Below, one piece after another: positions 1 through 10,712 of a stretch of 64,000 bases of DNA (within the stretch, counting starts at the first letter, position 1; every line of letters begins with the position of its first letter). The DNA comes from Nitrospirota bacterium. GTDB lineage: Bacteria; Nitrospirota; UBA9217. A model generated the notes under the pieces. The model was not told the DNA's origin. It ran no database searches and was given only the letters and a program-made list of their open reading frames with translations. The stretch spans positions 544,001-608,000 of the forward strand of contig CAVUCU010000001.1 of the NCBI GenBank assembly GCA_963740085.1. The letters are read 5' to 3'. The translations under genes were made by a program, and so were the position numbers.

Positions 1-94
1 AGAATTTAAAAATCAAAACGAAAAATGCAAACTACAAAACGAAAATAGCGGCCGGACCCATTTTACACTTTGCGCTCTGCATCCTCCCTTGTCC

Positions 95-631
95 TCAAAA
101 GCCGTCCAGCAACCTGCTGCGAAGCGTCGAAGCCACGTCCCGGCTTGCACTCTTAAGGGCCGCTTCTTTCGCGATCTTCGTGGCAGTGATGTTGCCGACT
201 GATACACTATAGCCCGCGTTGAAGACCGAGCCTATACCTTTTTCCTGCCAGATGATTTTGTGGGTCTTGACGTCCTCTACGCTCACGTTCACACCAAGAC
301 TAACGGTATAGGACTGAATATAATTATCCGTCGTATATGCAGACGGAGTAATGTCAAATTTCGTAACCTTCCCCCTGAGAACCAGATCAGCCGTCTCCGC
401 GCTGACTACCTTCAACCTGCCGTCGGTAAGGAACTCGTTCACGACAGCCTTGGTCACCTCGACATCCGCATAGGGCTCCATGGTGCTGTTGATGAACGCA
501 GGAATGGCGATGGTCTTGGCGTCTTCGGGCACGATCCCTCCCACCGAAGTGAACCGGTATCCGCAGGAGGTTGCCAGCACAAGGAACAATAAAATGACCA
601 GTTTCGTTATGGTTATTAATGCTCGCTGCAT
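95..631 (-). CDS. lptE: LPS assembly lipoprotein LptE
   Basis: Signal peptide with lipobox LATSC followed by GYRF; directly downstream of leuS, the usual lptE position; GGAGG RBS at 638-642. Confidence 0.85.
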   Translation of the reverse strand: MQRALITITKLVILLFLVLATSCGYRFTSVGGIVPEDAKTIAIPAFINSTMEPYADVEVTKAVVNEFLTDGRLKVVSAETADLVLRGKVTKFDITPSAYTTDNYIQSYTVSLGVNVSVEDVKTHKIIWQEKGIGSVFNAGYSVSVGNITATKIAKEAALKSASRDVASTLRSRLLDGF

Positions 632-644
632 ATTTTACCTCCGT

Positions 645-778
645 AAATCACAAATCCGAAACACAAAATCCTGAACAATATCGAAATTCGAATATCCAAT
701 CCAAATAGGCCGAACTGTTTTGGAGTTTGGTTGAATTCATGGATATTATTTAGGATTTCGATATTAGAATTTAGAATC
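645..778. repeat. Palindromic heptamer-repeat element (AAATCC[G/T]-type)
   Basis: Left arm AAATCAC-AAATCCG-AAACACA-AAATCCT; right arm TTTAGGATTTCGATATTAGAATTTAGAAT. Confidence 0.7.
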
Positions 779-788
779 TGTCGTGTTC

Positions 789-3278
789 TTAAACGACGAC
801 ATTCACCAACTTACCTTGCACCACAATTACCTTCTTTAGAGATTTGCCGGCGATGAACTCCCTGACTTTGGAGTCCGCAAGGGCCGCTGTTTCTATATCC
901 TTATCGGAGATCCCCGCGGGCAGTGTCAGCTTACTCCTGACCTTGCCGTTAACCTGCACCACAACGATGATCTCCATTGCCACGATCGCATCGGGATCAT
1001 GCTGCGGCCAGGCTGCGTTTGCAAGAGCACCCTTTCCGCCGAGCGAATCCCAGAGTTCCTCGGCAAAATGCGGGGCAAAGGGCGCGAGGAGCAGCGTGAG
1101 GGTGTCGATCGAGGCGCGGACAATAGGCAGCTTGTCATTACCCACGCCGTTTGACGTATAATCGTACATCTCGTTCACCAGTTCCATGAGAGCTGATATC
1201 GCCGTGTTGAAGTGGAACTCCCTCTCGATGTCTTCGGTCACCTTCTTGATCGCGAGATGGGTCTTGCGATACAGTTTGTCCCCACGGGCATCAGGCCCCG
1301 CGGGTTTGACCTGCCTTACCGCTTCGCACTGCTTGTACACGATCGCCCAGACCCGGTGAAGGAACCGGGATGCCCCCTCCACACCCTGATCGCTCCATTC
1401 GAGGTCGCGCTCCGGCGGCGCGGCAAAGAGCGAGAAGAGCCGGGCCGTGTCGGCACCATATCTCGTGAGGATGAAATCCGGGTCCACCACGTTGCCTTTG
1501 GATTTGCTCATCTTGGCGCCGTCCTTGATCACCATGCCCTGGGTCAGCAGGTTCGTGAACGGCTCGTCGCCATCGAAGAGACCGAGGTCGCGGATCACTT
1601 TTGTGAAGAACCGCGCATAAAGCAGATGGAGCACTGCGTGCTCGATGCCACCGATGTACTGGTCCACGCTCATCCAGTACCCGGCGGCCTTTTTGTCAAA
1701 GGGCGCCTTGTCCTCTCTCGGGGAGCAGTAGCGCAGAAAGTACCAGGACGAGTCTACGAACGTGTCCATGGTGTCCGTCTCGCGGCGTGCCGACCCCCCG
1801 CATTTCGGGCACGTGGTTTCACGAAATGACCTCGATTCAACAAGAGGAGAAAGTCCCCTGCCGGTGAATTCAACGTCCATCGGCAGTCTGACGGGGAGCT
1901 GGTCAAGAGGAACAGGGACCGTTCCGCATCCGTCGCAATAGGTGATCGGGATCGGCGTTCCCCAGTAACGTTGCCGCGAGATGCCCCAATCGCGGAGCCG
2001 CCAGTTCACGGTGCGCTTTCCGAGCTTCTTCGATTCCACGTGATCGGCGATCTTCTCTTTCGCCGTGGTGTTCGCGATCCCGTCAAACTGGTCCGAGTTC
2101 GCCATGATCCCGTCCTCGGTGTATGCCTGTTTCATCGTATCGGCAACAAGATTTTTTTCCGGGTTCTGAATTACGACCCGCATGGGCAAACCGTATTTTT
2201 TCGCAAACTCGAAGTCGCGCTGGTCATGGGCAGGCACCGACATGATCGCGCCGGTACCGTACTCCATAAGCACGAAGTTACCCACCCATACTGGCACCTT
2301 CTCGTTGTTCAATGGATTGATCGCCGTGGCGCCGGTAAAAACGCCCTCTTTCTCCTGTTTCTCGTCGGTGCGGCTGGCCTTATCCTCGCTCATAACGCGC
2401 TGGCAAAAAGCGCGGACCTCGTCAGCCTGTTTTCTGCCTTTGATGAGTGATTCGAGCATTGGGTGCTCAGGCGCTATGCTCATAAAGGTGACGCCGAACA
2501 GCGTGTCCTGGCGCGTGGTGAAGATCGCTAATTTCTCTCCAGTGCCCTCGACGGTGAAGTCCACTTCCACGCCAGTGGACTTGCCGATCCAGTTCCGCTG
2601 CATCGTAAGCACGCGCTCGGGCCAGCCGGTCAGCTTATCAAGAGAGGACAAAAGCTCTTCGGCATAGGCCGTGATCTTGAAGAACCACTGCTCCAACTCC
2701 TTGTGCGTCACCACCGAGCTGCAGCGCCAGCAACGTCCGTCCTCCACCTGCTCGTTCGCGAGCACCGTGTTGCACGACGGGCACCAGTTCACATACGAAA
2801 GCTTCTTGTACGCAAATCCTCGCTCGTACATCTTGATGAAAAACCACTGGTTCCAGCGGTAGTAATCTTCGAGGCACGTAGCTATCTCCCGATCCCAGTC
2901 ATAGGAAAGGCCAAGGCGTTTGAGCTGTTTGTCCCGCATGAAGGCGATGTTCTCAAGGGTCCATTTCTGGGGATGGATGCCGTGCTTGATGGCCGCGTTC
3001 TCCGCGGGAAGGCCAAAGGAGTCCCATCCCATGGGATGAAGGACATTGAATCCCCGCATACGTTTATAGCGCGAAATCACATCGCCGATGGAGTAGTTAC
3101 GAACATGGCCCATGTGGATCCTGCCGGAGGGGTATGGAAACATTTCAAGGCAATAGTACTTAGGCTTCGAGTCGTCTTCCGTTACCGTGAAGATTTTGTT
3201 CTCCTGCCAGAAGCGCTGCCATCGCTCTTCGACTTCTTTAAAATCGTACCGTTCTTCCAACAGGTCCTCCTGCGACAT
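789..3278 (-). CDS. leuS: Leucine--tRNA ligase
   Basis: HMGH and KMSKS class I motifs, [18 protein letters not shown]; 829 aa. Confidence 0.98.
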   Translation of the reverse strand: MSQEDLLEERYDFKEVEERWQRFWQENKIFTVTEDDSKPKYYCLEMFPYPSGRIHMGHVRNYSIGDVISRYKRMRGFNVLHPMGWDSFGLPAENAAIKHGIHPQKWTLENIAFMRDKQLKRLGLSYDWDREIATCLEDYYRWNQWFFIKMYERGFAYKKLSYVNWCPSCNTVLANEQVEDGRCWRCSSVVTHKELEQWFFKITAYAEELLSSLDKLTGWPERVLTMQRNWIGKSTGVEVDFTVEGTGEKLAIFTTRQDTLFGVTFMSIAPEHPMLESLIKGRKQADEVRAFCQRVMSEDKASRTDEKQEKEGVFTGATAINPLNNEKVPVWVGNFVLMEYGTGAIMSVPAHDQRDFEFAKKYGLPMRVVIQNPEKNLVADTMKQAYTEDGIMANSDQFDGIANTTAKEKIADHVESKKLGKRTVNWRLRDWGISRQRYWGTPIPITYCDGCGTVPVPLDQLPVRLPMDVEFTGRGLSPLVESRSFRETTCPKCGGSARRETDTMDTFVDSSWYFLRYCSPREDKAPFDKKAAGYWMSVDQYIGGIEHAVLHLLYARFFTKVIRDLGLFDGDEPFTNLLTQGMVIKDGAKMSKSKGNVVDPDFILTRYGADTARLFSLFAAPPERDLEWSDQGVEGASRFLHRVWAIVYKQCEAVRQVKPAGPDARGDKLYRKTHLAIKKVTEDIEREFHFNTAISALMELVNEMYDYTSNGVGNDKLPIVRASIDTLTLLLAPFAPHFAEELWDSLGGKGALANAAWPQHDPDAIVAMEIIVVVQVNGKVRSKLTLPAGISDKDIETAALADSKVREFIAGKSLKKVIVVQGKLVNVVV

Positions 3279-3323
3279 TCCGGGATAGTGCTCGAACAGG
3301 GGAAAGACACACTTTTTTCTCTC

Positions 3324-4007
3324 TCAATTATTATTAATGCTCTGCGGAGCCCTGACAAAGTTCTCAATGATAATCAGAGTCTTTGTATCGCAGTTCATGA
3401 ATCTGACTCCATACCGGTTTCTTTTCGATGCGGTTGTTTCTACCCGCTCGACCGAGCATGTCAGAGTGATTTCACTATGGGCGATATTAAATGCGCACGT
3501 CAACCGGTCCCCCGGTTTCAGCACGCGTTCAGTTTCCAGCAGCATTCCTGAGATGCTGATGTTATGAGACTGCGCGAAAAATGGGCTGTCCCCCTCCATG
3601 CCTTTTATGGAAGCGCGCAGCAAAACCCGCATATCCTTGCGCGTAGGGATAACAAGAAGTTTGGATGCTTGCCACAAAAGCGTGCCGCTGTCCAGCGGCT
3701 TCCGGATGATGACATTGGCGCCCGATTCCGGGCATTGAGACAGGGGGAGTTCGATTTCGTCACAGATGACAATGATGGAGACATACTTCAGCTCTGCGTC
3801 GCTTCGTATTCTGGAGCAAAGCTTGGCTCCGCCCATCAGCGGCAAAGCGTCGTCAGTGATAATGAGGTCCGCTCTTTCGGCACCGTGAAGATTGAGTATT
3901 TCCTCGGAAGACCGCGCGGGGAAGAACGTTATGCCGCTCCTTTTGAAGATCGTGTTGCCTTCCTCGAGGTCATTCAAGAGGTCCTGATCGATGATGATCT
4001 TTTTCAT
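3324..4007 (-). CDS. Receiver domain + PilZ domain protein
   Basis: REC-like N-terminus (DLIITDDALP...KPLD); PilZ motifs RKDMR and NISISG. Confidence 0.8.
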   Translation of the reverse strand: MKKIIIDQDLLNDLEEGNTIFKRSGITFFPARSSEEILNLHGAERADLIITDDALPLMGGAKLCSRIRSDAELKYVSIIVICDEIELPLSQCPESGANVIIRKPLDSGTLLWQASKLLVIPTRKDMRVLLRASIKGMEGDSPFFAQSHNISISGMLLETERVLKPGDRLTCAFNIAHSEITLTCSVERVETTASKRNRYGVRFMNCDTKTLIIIENFVRAPQSINNN

Positions 4008-4115
4008 ATTATGAAAAGCCTGAGTGACGAGAGTGCGGAGCTGCCAGGTATCATGCCTATTCCATCGGCAGTTGCGGAGAACAGAGGGAGCATATCAAGT
4101 TCATCCAATTCCGCG

Positions 4116-4652
4116 CTATTCCCGTAACCACCCCGGGTACGCGTCGGCCTTTCGTGCCTGTTCGGGCAGCTCAACCTCAAGTTCATGTTTTTTCCGGGCA
4201 AGGTCATTCTCAAGCGAAGATTTCCTCTTATCAAGGCTGTTTTGAGATTTCTTTTTTTTACCGCTGCTTATGGAGGCCAACTTCTTCGGTTTGTTTTCAT
4301 TCTCCTTTTCCTGTTTCAGAACCTGGTCGTACTTATACTGTAAAGCGGCAAGCTCTTTTCTGAGTTTCTCCGCCCGTTTATGCCAGTATACCTGTCCCTT
4401 TCCATCCTTGTCTTTGTGGTCTTTCAAAGAAGTTGATGTTCTCCCGTTCGCGACCGCCTTCTCTCCCACGCTGACCCGGTTTTCGTCCGGATGCACTGCC
4501 GTTGCGGTACCCTGATATTCCTTCGGCACGTGCTCCTGCTCATTCGTAAAGAATTCCTTCCCGTCCTTATCAACCCAACGATAAAATTCTGCCCGCGCAA
4601 GGGAAGTGGACAAAAGAAGCAGACAGCCTGTCAGAACAATACCTCGTCGCAT
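4116..4652 (-). CDS. DUF4124-like secreted protein with coiled-coil tail
   Basis: Signal peptide, then FYRWVDKDGKEFFTN...VP pattern typical of DUF4124. Confidence 0.7.
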   Translation of the reverse strand: MRRGIVLTGCLLLLSTSLARAEFYRWVDKDGKEFFTNEQEHVPKEYQGTATAVHPDENRVSVGEKAVANGRTSTSLKDHKDKDGKGQVYWHKRAEKLRKELAALQYKYDQVLKQEKENENKPKKLASISSGKKKKSQNSLDKRKSSLENDLARKKHELEVELPEQARKADAYPGWLRE

Positions 4653-4883
4653 GGAGGCCTCCTCATGAGTGATTTAGAAAAATAACATAAATAACAAGGC
4701 TTCGCAAGGTTTTTTCTTGTGCTGCTGAGAATAAAAGTGCTATAGTGCGTGACGACAAATCCAAAAGTTGAGATCCTCAGCTCGACAGAATGCCGTTATG
4801 GTCAAAAAATGTATGGCGCTTGGATAAGAGAACATTGAGTCTGCTTAGAGTTTCAATACGATTTTTTTACTTAAATTAAAACC

Positions 4884-6245
4884 ATGCCTAAGCCAATTGT
4901 CGCCATAGTCGGCCGTCCGAACGTCGGCAAATCCACCCTCTTTAATAGGATCGTTGGCAGGAACTTCGCTGTCGTCGATGATAAACCTGGGGTAACGCGG
5001 GACAGGAACTATGCCGAAGCAGAGTGGATGAAAAAACGCTTCCTCCTCGTGGATACCGGCGGGTTCGAGCCTAAGACCGAAGATGTCATGTATACGAAGA
5101 TGCGCGAGCAGACCACACTCGCCGTGGAGGAGGCCGACTTCATCATCTTCTTGATGGACGGCAAAGAGGGTCTGCTCCCGGCCGACATAGAGGTATCGCA
5201 TCGGCTCCGGGCCTCGGGTAAACCCGTTCTCTACGCCTTGAATAAAGTGGATGGTGAGCGGCACGAAGGATTCATCCCGGACTTTTACCGCCTCGGCATC
5301 GATACCCTCTACCCCATATCGGCTCAGCACGGTCAGGGGTTTTCCGACCTCTTGGACGCGCTCAGCAACCTCCTGCCGGAAACGGCTCAGGAGTCGGATG
5401 AAAAACAGGTCATGGAAATTCCCAGGGTAGCTATCATCGGACGGCCAAATGTGGGCAAATCGTCTTTTGTGAATGCGCTCATGGGCGAAGACCGGATGAT
5501 CGTGAGCCCCGTCGCAGGTACGACCAGGGATGCGGTGGACAGCGTCTATACGTATTACGGGAAGCAGTATGTCCTCGTGGATACGGCGGGCATACGGAGC
5601 CGCGGAAAGATCAGCCACGGAGTGGAAAAGTACAGCGTAATGCGCGCCATGAAGGGCATTGAACGGGCGGACGTGGCGCTCGTGCTGATCGACGCCTCCG
5701 AAGGCATCACCGAGCAGGATGAACGTATTGTGGGACTTGCACACGAGGCCGGCAAGGGGATCATCCTCGTCCTGAACAAGTGGGACCTGGTGACCGACAA
5801 GGAAGAGGGTTACAAACGATTCATCGCGGATGTCCGGCAGCGGCTCAAGTTCGCTGATTACGCATCGGTTATCACCATCTCGGCCGCCACCCGACAGCGC
5901 ATCACCAAGGTCTTTGAAGAGATCGACAAGGTGATGGAGGAGACCCGTCGACGCGTGTCGACCGCCGAGCTGAACAGGGTCTTTTCTCAGCTTGTTGCAC
6001 GGCATGAACCGCCGCTCTACCGGGCAAAACGCGTTAAATATTACTACGCTACACAGGTGGGAATCAAACCACCAACATTCGTCGTGTTCGTCAATTATCC
6101 GGCGGGCGTCCATTTCTCATACCTGCGCTATATTGAGAACAACCTGCGCCAGGCTTTCGGGTTCCACGGTACACCCGTGAGGATATTCGCAAAAAGTCGA
6201 AGAGAGGAGCAACCACGGGGCAGGAGCAAAAACTTGAAAAAATAA
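4884..6245 (+). CDS. der: Ribosome biogenesis GTPase Der (EngA)
   Basis: Two GRPNVGKS G-domains, DTGG/DTAG, NKVD/NKWD, C-terminal KH-like domain. Confidence 0.97.
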   Translation: MPKPIVAIVGRPNVGKSTLFNRIVGRNFAVVDDKPGVTRDRNYAEAEWMKKRFLLVDTGGFEPKTEDVMYTKMREQTTLAVEEADFIIFLMDGKEGLLPADIEVSHRLRASGKPVLYALNKVDGERHEGFIPDFYRLGIDTLYPISAQHGQGFSDLLDALSNLLPETAQESDEKQVMEIPRVAIIGRPNVGKSSFVNALMGEDRMIVSPVAGTTRDAVDSVYTYYGKQYVLVDTAGIRSRGKISHGVEKYSVMRAMKGIERADVALVLIDASEGITEQDERIVGLAHEAGKGIILVLNKWDLVTDKEEGYKRFIADVRQRLKFADYASVITISAATRQRITKVFEEIDKVMEETRRRVSTAELNRVFSQLVARHEPPLYRAKRVKYYYATQVGIKPPTFVVFVNYPAGVHFSYLRYIENNLRQAFGFHGTPVRIFAKSRREEQPRGRSKNLKK

Positions 6246-6246
6246 G

Positions 6247-6276
6247 TTGACTTTCCCGGTCAATACAGAGTATTAT
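6247..6276 (+). promoter_or_regulatory. Putative sigma70 promoter for csp-RRM-rpsU
   Basis: TTGACT-N18-TATTAT; the -35 lies within a TTGAC-N7-GTCAA palindrome. Confidence 0.45.
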
Positions 6277-6322
6277 CATGCAATAAAGAAATTAGAGAGA
6301 TGTGAGTTTTTGTTAATTGTCG

Positions 6323-6361
6323 GCTGCAAAAACTTCCTATTAAGTTTGCAGTCTTTTTTTT
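6323..6361 (+). terminator. Intrinsic terminator-like hairpin between der and csp
   Basis: CTGCAAA..AACTT/AAGTT..TGCAG stem followed by 8 T. Confidence 0.55.
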
Positions 6362-6401
6362 GTTCAAAAGAGTCAGCCATTGATCACACAAGGAGGATTA
6401 G

Positions 6402-6602
6402 ATGTCAAACGGTCTGGTAAAATGGTTTAACGATGCAAAGGGTTTCGGCTTCATCACCACCGACGAGGGGAACGATGTTTTCGTCCACTTCTCGGCAATA
6501 CAAGGGGACGGTTTCAGGTCCTTGTCAGAAGGTGATGCGGTCAGTTTCGACGTTGAAAAAGGCACCAAAGGACTCCAGGCAGTCAATGTCGTAAAACAAT
6601 AA
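6402..6602 (+). CDS. Cold-shock protein (CspA family)
   Basis: KWFN..KGFGFI (RNP1) and VFVHFSAI (RNP2); AGGAGG RBS. Confidence 0.97.
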   Translation: MSNGLVKWFNDAKGFGFITTDEGNDVFVHFSAIQGDGFRSLSEGDAVSFDVEKGTKGLQAVNVVKQ

Positions 6603-6688
6603 TGACCCTCGCAGACCCTCGCTAGGGATCAGTTTCTATCTGTTATTGCTGCAATTTTTAAGATTCACCCAAAATACTGGAGGGTAAC

Positions 6689-7042
6689 ATGGCGAAGAAG
6701 CTTTATGTAGGCAATCTGTCGTACAATATTTCTGAAGAAGAGCTCAAGAATGTCTTTACTCCCATCGGAGAGGTGCAGTCTTGCAAGATCATTACCGATG
6801 CCGGGACCGGCAGGTCAAAGGGATTCGGCTTCGTTGAAATGACCAATGATGAGGATGCGGACAAGGCCATTGCCACCCTGAACGGAACAACCGTCATGGA
6901 TCGGGCACTGAATGTGAGCGAGGCACGTCCGCAGACTGAACGTGCTGGAGGACGTGGAGGAAGACCCGGTGGCGGCGGCAGACCGGGCGGAAGGGGCGGC
7001 TTCGACCGTGGTGGCTCCGGCGGGCGGCGGAAGGAATATTAA
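6689..7042 (+). CDS. RRM RNA-binding protein with Gly/Arg-rich tail
   Basis: LYVGNL (RNP2), KGFGFVEM (RNP1), RGG-rich C-terminus. Confidence 0.95.
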   Translation: MAKKLYVGNLSYNISEEELKNVFTPIGEVQSCKIITDAGTGRSKGFGFVEMTNDEDADKAIATLNGTTVMDRALNVSEARPQTERAGGRGGRPGGGGRPGGRGGFDRGGSGGRRKEY

Positions 7043-7045
7043 ATC

Positions 7046-7246
7046 TTGGAAATACGAGTTGATGATAAAAATATAGAGAAAGCAATCAGGCTTCTCAAAC
7101 GGAAGATGCAGAACGACGGCCTTTTCAGAGAACTGAAAAATAGACGTTTCTATGAGAAGCCGTCTTTAAAAAAGAAACGGAAGCGGATCGAAGCACAGAA
7201 GAGAAAGCAGAAGAGCCTGAGGAACAGCAGACAGAACAGGGCGTAG
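7046..7246 (+). CDS. rpsU: 30S ribosomal protein S21
   Basis: IEKAIRLLKRK...RRFYEKPS signature; TTG start. Confidence 0.93.
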   Translation: MEIRVDDKNIEKAIRLLKRKMQNDGLFRELKNRRFYEKPSLKKKRKRIEAQKRKQKSLRNSRQNRA

Positions 7247-7519
7247 AGATTCGATGTCGTAGTTTCGCATATTTAATTACCGGAGATTGGAAACGTGCCA
7301 GTGAGCTATGGGACGCTGAATCTCCGGTTTTCTGTTTTCTTCCCGGCTCCGCGAAAATGTGCCCCCGTACTAACGTGAGGCGGGCAACCGGGCATGTGGT
7401 AATCCCGCAAAAGAGTGGATTCATTTTTTCACGGGAATGACAAATAAATCCCCGAACTTGCGACGACACCGTCGTACCTATCTCTCCCTTTAATCATTTT
7501 CCATCCCTGATCTGGATAC

Positions 7520-7581
7520 AAAAAGGACGCCGTGAAAGTGCGCATCTCATGAATCCGCGAGAGCGGACTTTCAGGCGTCCT
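7520..7581 (-). terminator. Hairpin downstream of the Ig-lipoprotein gene
   Basis: AGGACGCC-GTGAAAGT ... ACTTTCA-GGCGTCCT stem with A-run on + strand (U-run on -). Confidence 0.5.
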
Positions 7582-7612
7582 GAGGTTGAAAACAGTCGTG
7601 TATTGTTCCCTG

Positions 7613-10000
7613 TTATGGCGCCAGCGTGATCGTGCCTGGATACGTAAGGATCGTCTCAGCCGGAATATTGCAAGGTGACGATCCTGTCCAGGTAATCGTC
7701 GCGGTCAGATTAGCCGGAATAGGAACAGTCCCGGTATTATTACTCGTCAATTCCAACTGGAAAACAGCCGGTCCCCCCATCCCAATTGAATCGCCCAACC
7801 TTCCTGAGCCTAATACCTTTACAGTGCCATTCGTTGTTTCTGCAGTAATCGTTGTACTGGCTGCTGTCGGATTCATGTTTATATCGCTGACATAAACATT
7901 AAATGTCTCAGTCCCGTTGCTCGGGATGATAATTGGCGGCGTACCGCCAGCGCTGTCTTCAATTCTCGAAGTGTATGCACCCGCATGTGGCGGTCCGGTC
8001 AAGACAATATACATGGTCGTAAAGATCGGCAGCTTTGCGTCCCATACACTGTTGTCTGCATCATATATTCCATTCGGATTGGCGCCATTTCCCGCATGAG
8101 GAGCTACGTAGGACGGCCAGTCAAAGAAAAGATCCGCCGGAGTATAGGAAAATGTCCTGTCGTTATCAACGAACGGTTCGCCTTCATCTGTATAAGGCTC
8201 TCCTGTATCATACTGCCCATTCGCGTTCGTATCGAAAAACGATTCTTCGCCAGTGGTAATCGCGGTAATCGCCACCCAACCGTCACGCGGGTTGTGAGTA
8301 ATTCCAGAACCATCCGTCCACGATGGCTCTCCCAGCAACGGGGCAACATCCGTCGGCCATGGAGCCTGGGACCTCCAGAGAACCCCTGTTTCTCCCGTAG
8401 CACCTGTTATATTCATGGTGTCTATTGCCCCTGCCGAGGAGAAGAACGAGACTGCAGTGCCTTCCAGGATATTAAAGTTGAAGAACCTGTCCGCCATTGC
8501 AACCGAAATAGCGTCTGTGGTGCCCAGGCACCCAACGGCCGGAACATTGAGTGTCGCCGCGGCGATATCGAAATGTGCTGCCGACGGCAGGCCGCCGCCG
8601 ATCGAAATTGGGCCTGACGAAGCGGTAACAAGGACCGACCCCACCAACGTTGACGCGACAATCCGCGCGGGACCGGCAACCGGACCCGCGTGAAGAGTCG
8701 TTGCAGCTTCTCCAGTAGCACCGCTGCTTTGTTGATCCGTAGTGCCGCCTCCTGATCCGAGTGTGGCGCCTGTCGGGCCAAAGAGCTGGAAACTGACCGG
8801 AACATTCGGTTTATAAACGCCGTTCGAATCAACGACCTTGAATGTTACCACGGAAGTTCCCGAAGCGACCGGGATTATTTGCGGGACCGCGGACACGTAC
8901 GATATACTGCTCGTCGTCGCCGCGTTCACCGTGATTGACGCGGTCCCGGCGGTGGTCCCGGCGGTGGCCTGAAGAACGATCGTACCGGTAACCGTGGGGC
9001 TTGCGGTGAAGGTCATCTGAGCCTGGCCGTTCACCGTTGTTGCAGTGGCCGGGTAGGTGCCGGCCGTGCAGTTACCTGCCAGACAGGTAAAGGTTACCAC
9101 CGTGCCATCGGGCACTGCATTGTTCAGTACGTTTCTGACATCGGCCGTTATATTTGATGTGGCTGAATTTGAGACCGTGGTCGGAACTGCCGTAACGCTG
9201 ATGGAGCTCGGCTCGCTCGAAATGCTCACGGACGAGGTCTTGGTGATATTGGGAGTTACGCTTGTTATGGTGGCCTGTATAGTCGCCGTTCCCGAAGTGC
9301 CTCCTGCATAGAAGGTAGTCGTCGCCTTGCCTGTCGCATCGGTGGTAAGATCGATCGTCGTGACTGACGAAGACGCGCTGAAGCTACCAAGCGGATTTGT
9401 CGTGGGGGATGTCGTCACCGTTACGATCGTGTTGTACGCAGCATTGCCGCCGCTATCCAGCACTGTAACCGTTATCGTGGACTGACCGAGAATGTTGACT
9501 GAAAGTGGGGAAACGGAAAGAACAAGTCCTGACGGCACAGGTGGCAGTGGTGTGCCGATCGTCAAGCTGGCTCCTGAATTGATCGTCGCCCCGGTCGCCG
9601 TCGTGCCTGTCGCAGTAATGGTAACCACAAGATTAACGGCATTCGCATTAAATCGCACCGTCGCAACGCCGGCAGCATTAGTGACTGCCGAACCCGCCGT
9701 AACCGAGCCGGCCGTGCTGTTACTGACGGCAAACGATACGGTGACGCCGGAAATAACGCCACTTTGTGAATCCGTTACGATAGCATTGACGTTGACCGAT
9801 CCGGAAGAAGGTATGGAAGTCAACAGAGCGGAAGTCGTGACATCGGTTAAAGTGACCGTTATTTTAGCTGGCGTACCTGCCCCTCCCACAATTGGCGTGC
9901 CAGCGCTGCTACTGTCGATATTTGAGGGTTTTGTACAGCCGTTTGCCAGCACGAGCAGGACAAGCAGCACGGCAATTATGATTCCGTTGAACTGCCTCAT
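7613..10000 (-). CDS. Large invasin/intimin-like (Big_1) Ig-repeat lipoprotein
   Basis: ATG at 10000 with GGAGG RBS (ORF track extends to 10033); lipobox LANGC; repeated Thr/Val-rich Ig modules (V.DGT.V.F, T.A.G.A); acidic DTNANGQYD motif. Confidence 0.75.
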   Translation of the reverse strand: MRQFNGIIIAVLLVLLVLANGCTKPSNIDSSSAGTPIVGGAGTPAKITVTLTDVTTSALLTSIPSSGSVNVNAIVTDSQSGVISGVTVSFAVSNSTAGSVTAGSAVTNAAGVATVRFNANAVNLVVTITATGTTATGATINSGASLTIGTPLPPVPSGLVLSVSPLSVNILGQSTITVTVLDSGGNAAYNTIVTVTTSPTTNPLGSFSASSSVTTIDLTTDATGKATTTFYAGGTSGTATIQATITSVTPNITKTSSVSISSEPSSISVTAVPTTVSNSATSNITADVRNVLNNAVPDGTVVTFTCLAGNCTAGTYPATATTVNGQAQMTFTASPTVTGTIVLQATAGTTAGTASITVNAATTSSISYVSAVPQIIPVASGTSVVTFKVVDSNGVYKPNVPVSFQLFGPTGATLGSGGGTTDQQSSGATGEAATTLHAGPVAGPARIVASTLVGSVLVTASSGPISIGGGLPSAAHFDIAAATLNVPAVGCLGTTDAISVAMADRFFNFNILEGTAVSFFSSAGAIDTMNITGATGETGVLWRSQAPWPTDVAPLLGEPSWTDGSGITHNPRDGWVAITAITTGEESFFDTNANGQYDTGEPYTDEGEPFVDNDRTFSYTPADLFFDWPSYVAPHAGNGANPNGIYDADNSVWDAKLPIFTTMYIVLTGPPHAGAYTSRIEDSAGGTPPIIIPSNGTETFNVYVSDINMNPTAASTTITAETTNGTVKVLGSGRLGDSIGMGGPAVFQLELTSNNTGTVPIPANLTATITWTGSSPCNIPAETILTYPGTITLAP

Positions 10001-10036
10001 ATAAAAACCTCCAAAGCGTATTTGTTTATTCACTGC

Positions 10037-10513
10037 CTACTGTGCAGCTCCAGTAGTCGCTACGGCATTTACTGCACCTGAAGCCACTTCTACAAAATGC
10101 GTATCTCCCGTCGGTGTCGGTCCCGACAAAAGCTCAAGCGATACCACCCCGTAATCATCCGTTCTCGTAATGATCGAAGTTTGAGGATTGGCACTTGCAT
10201 TGCTGCAATTCGGAAGACCTGAATGGAGCGCAATATTTGCATCACTGTATATTTCGACACAAATGCCGTTTAATGGGTTGCCATCTTTATCTTTAACAAT
10301 GAAGCTCAACGCAGGAAAACAGCTGCTACTGGTAACAGAAGGGGAACCAAGACCCGATGGAGCTGTAATCGTGGACCCATCCGGCGCCACGTTGTCCGGG
10401 CATCCGCCACTGGATTTAGATTTCCCGCAGCCCTTCACGAGGGTCAGGGACGATGCTAAAAGGAGAAACAGCATAACAGAAATAAGCTTTGTGGTTCGTT
10501 TGTTTAGCCTCAT
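10037..10513 (-). CDS. Small putative lipoprotein with one Ig-like domain
   Basis: Hydrophobic leader ending VKGC; VKDKDGNPLNGICV and RTDDYGV Big_1-like motifs; several Cys. Confidence 0.65.
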   Translation of the reverse strand: MRLNKRTTKLISVMLFLLLASSLTLVKGCGKSKSSGGCPDNVAPDGSTITAPSGLGSPSVTSSSCFPALSFIVKDKDGNPLNGICVEIYSDANIALHSGLPNCSNASANPQTSIITRTDDYGVVSLELLSGPTPTGDTHFVEVASGAVNAVATTGAAQ

Positions 10514-10618
10514 TGTGCGAACCTCTTTTTTAAAAAATTTTGTACCTTAAATGCCAATGCACTGGTTGCGTGCAATCTTCCGCTTTATTTAGTTTTATCT
10601 CCATCGCTCTCTGAGTTT

Positions 10619-10689
10619 GTCACACTGAGCGCGGCGAAGAATCTGGTATTCCCAGACAGATGAAGGATCCTCGCCTCGCTCGGGATGAC
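10619..10689. repeat. REP-like inverted repeat (GTCA...TGAC ends)
   Basis: GTCACACTGAGCGCGGCGAAGAATCT ... GGATCCTCGCCTCGCTCGGGATGAC imperfect palindrome. Confidence 0.6.
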
Positions 10690-10712
10690 GGGACAATATT
10701 TTCAACAGTATG

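Noticed and set aside
4845-6113. 422-aa antisense ORF over der, and similar long ORFs at 38332-39864, 40451-42073, 48513-49922, 55450-56772 and 58596-59831
   Set aside because: Shadow frames opposite well-conserved GC-rich genes; no motifs or RBS.
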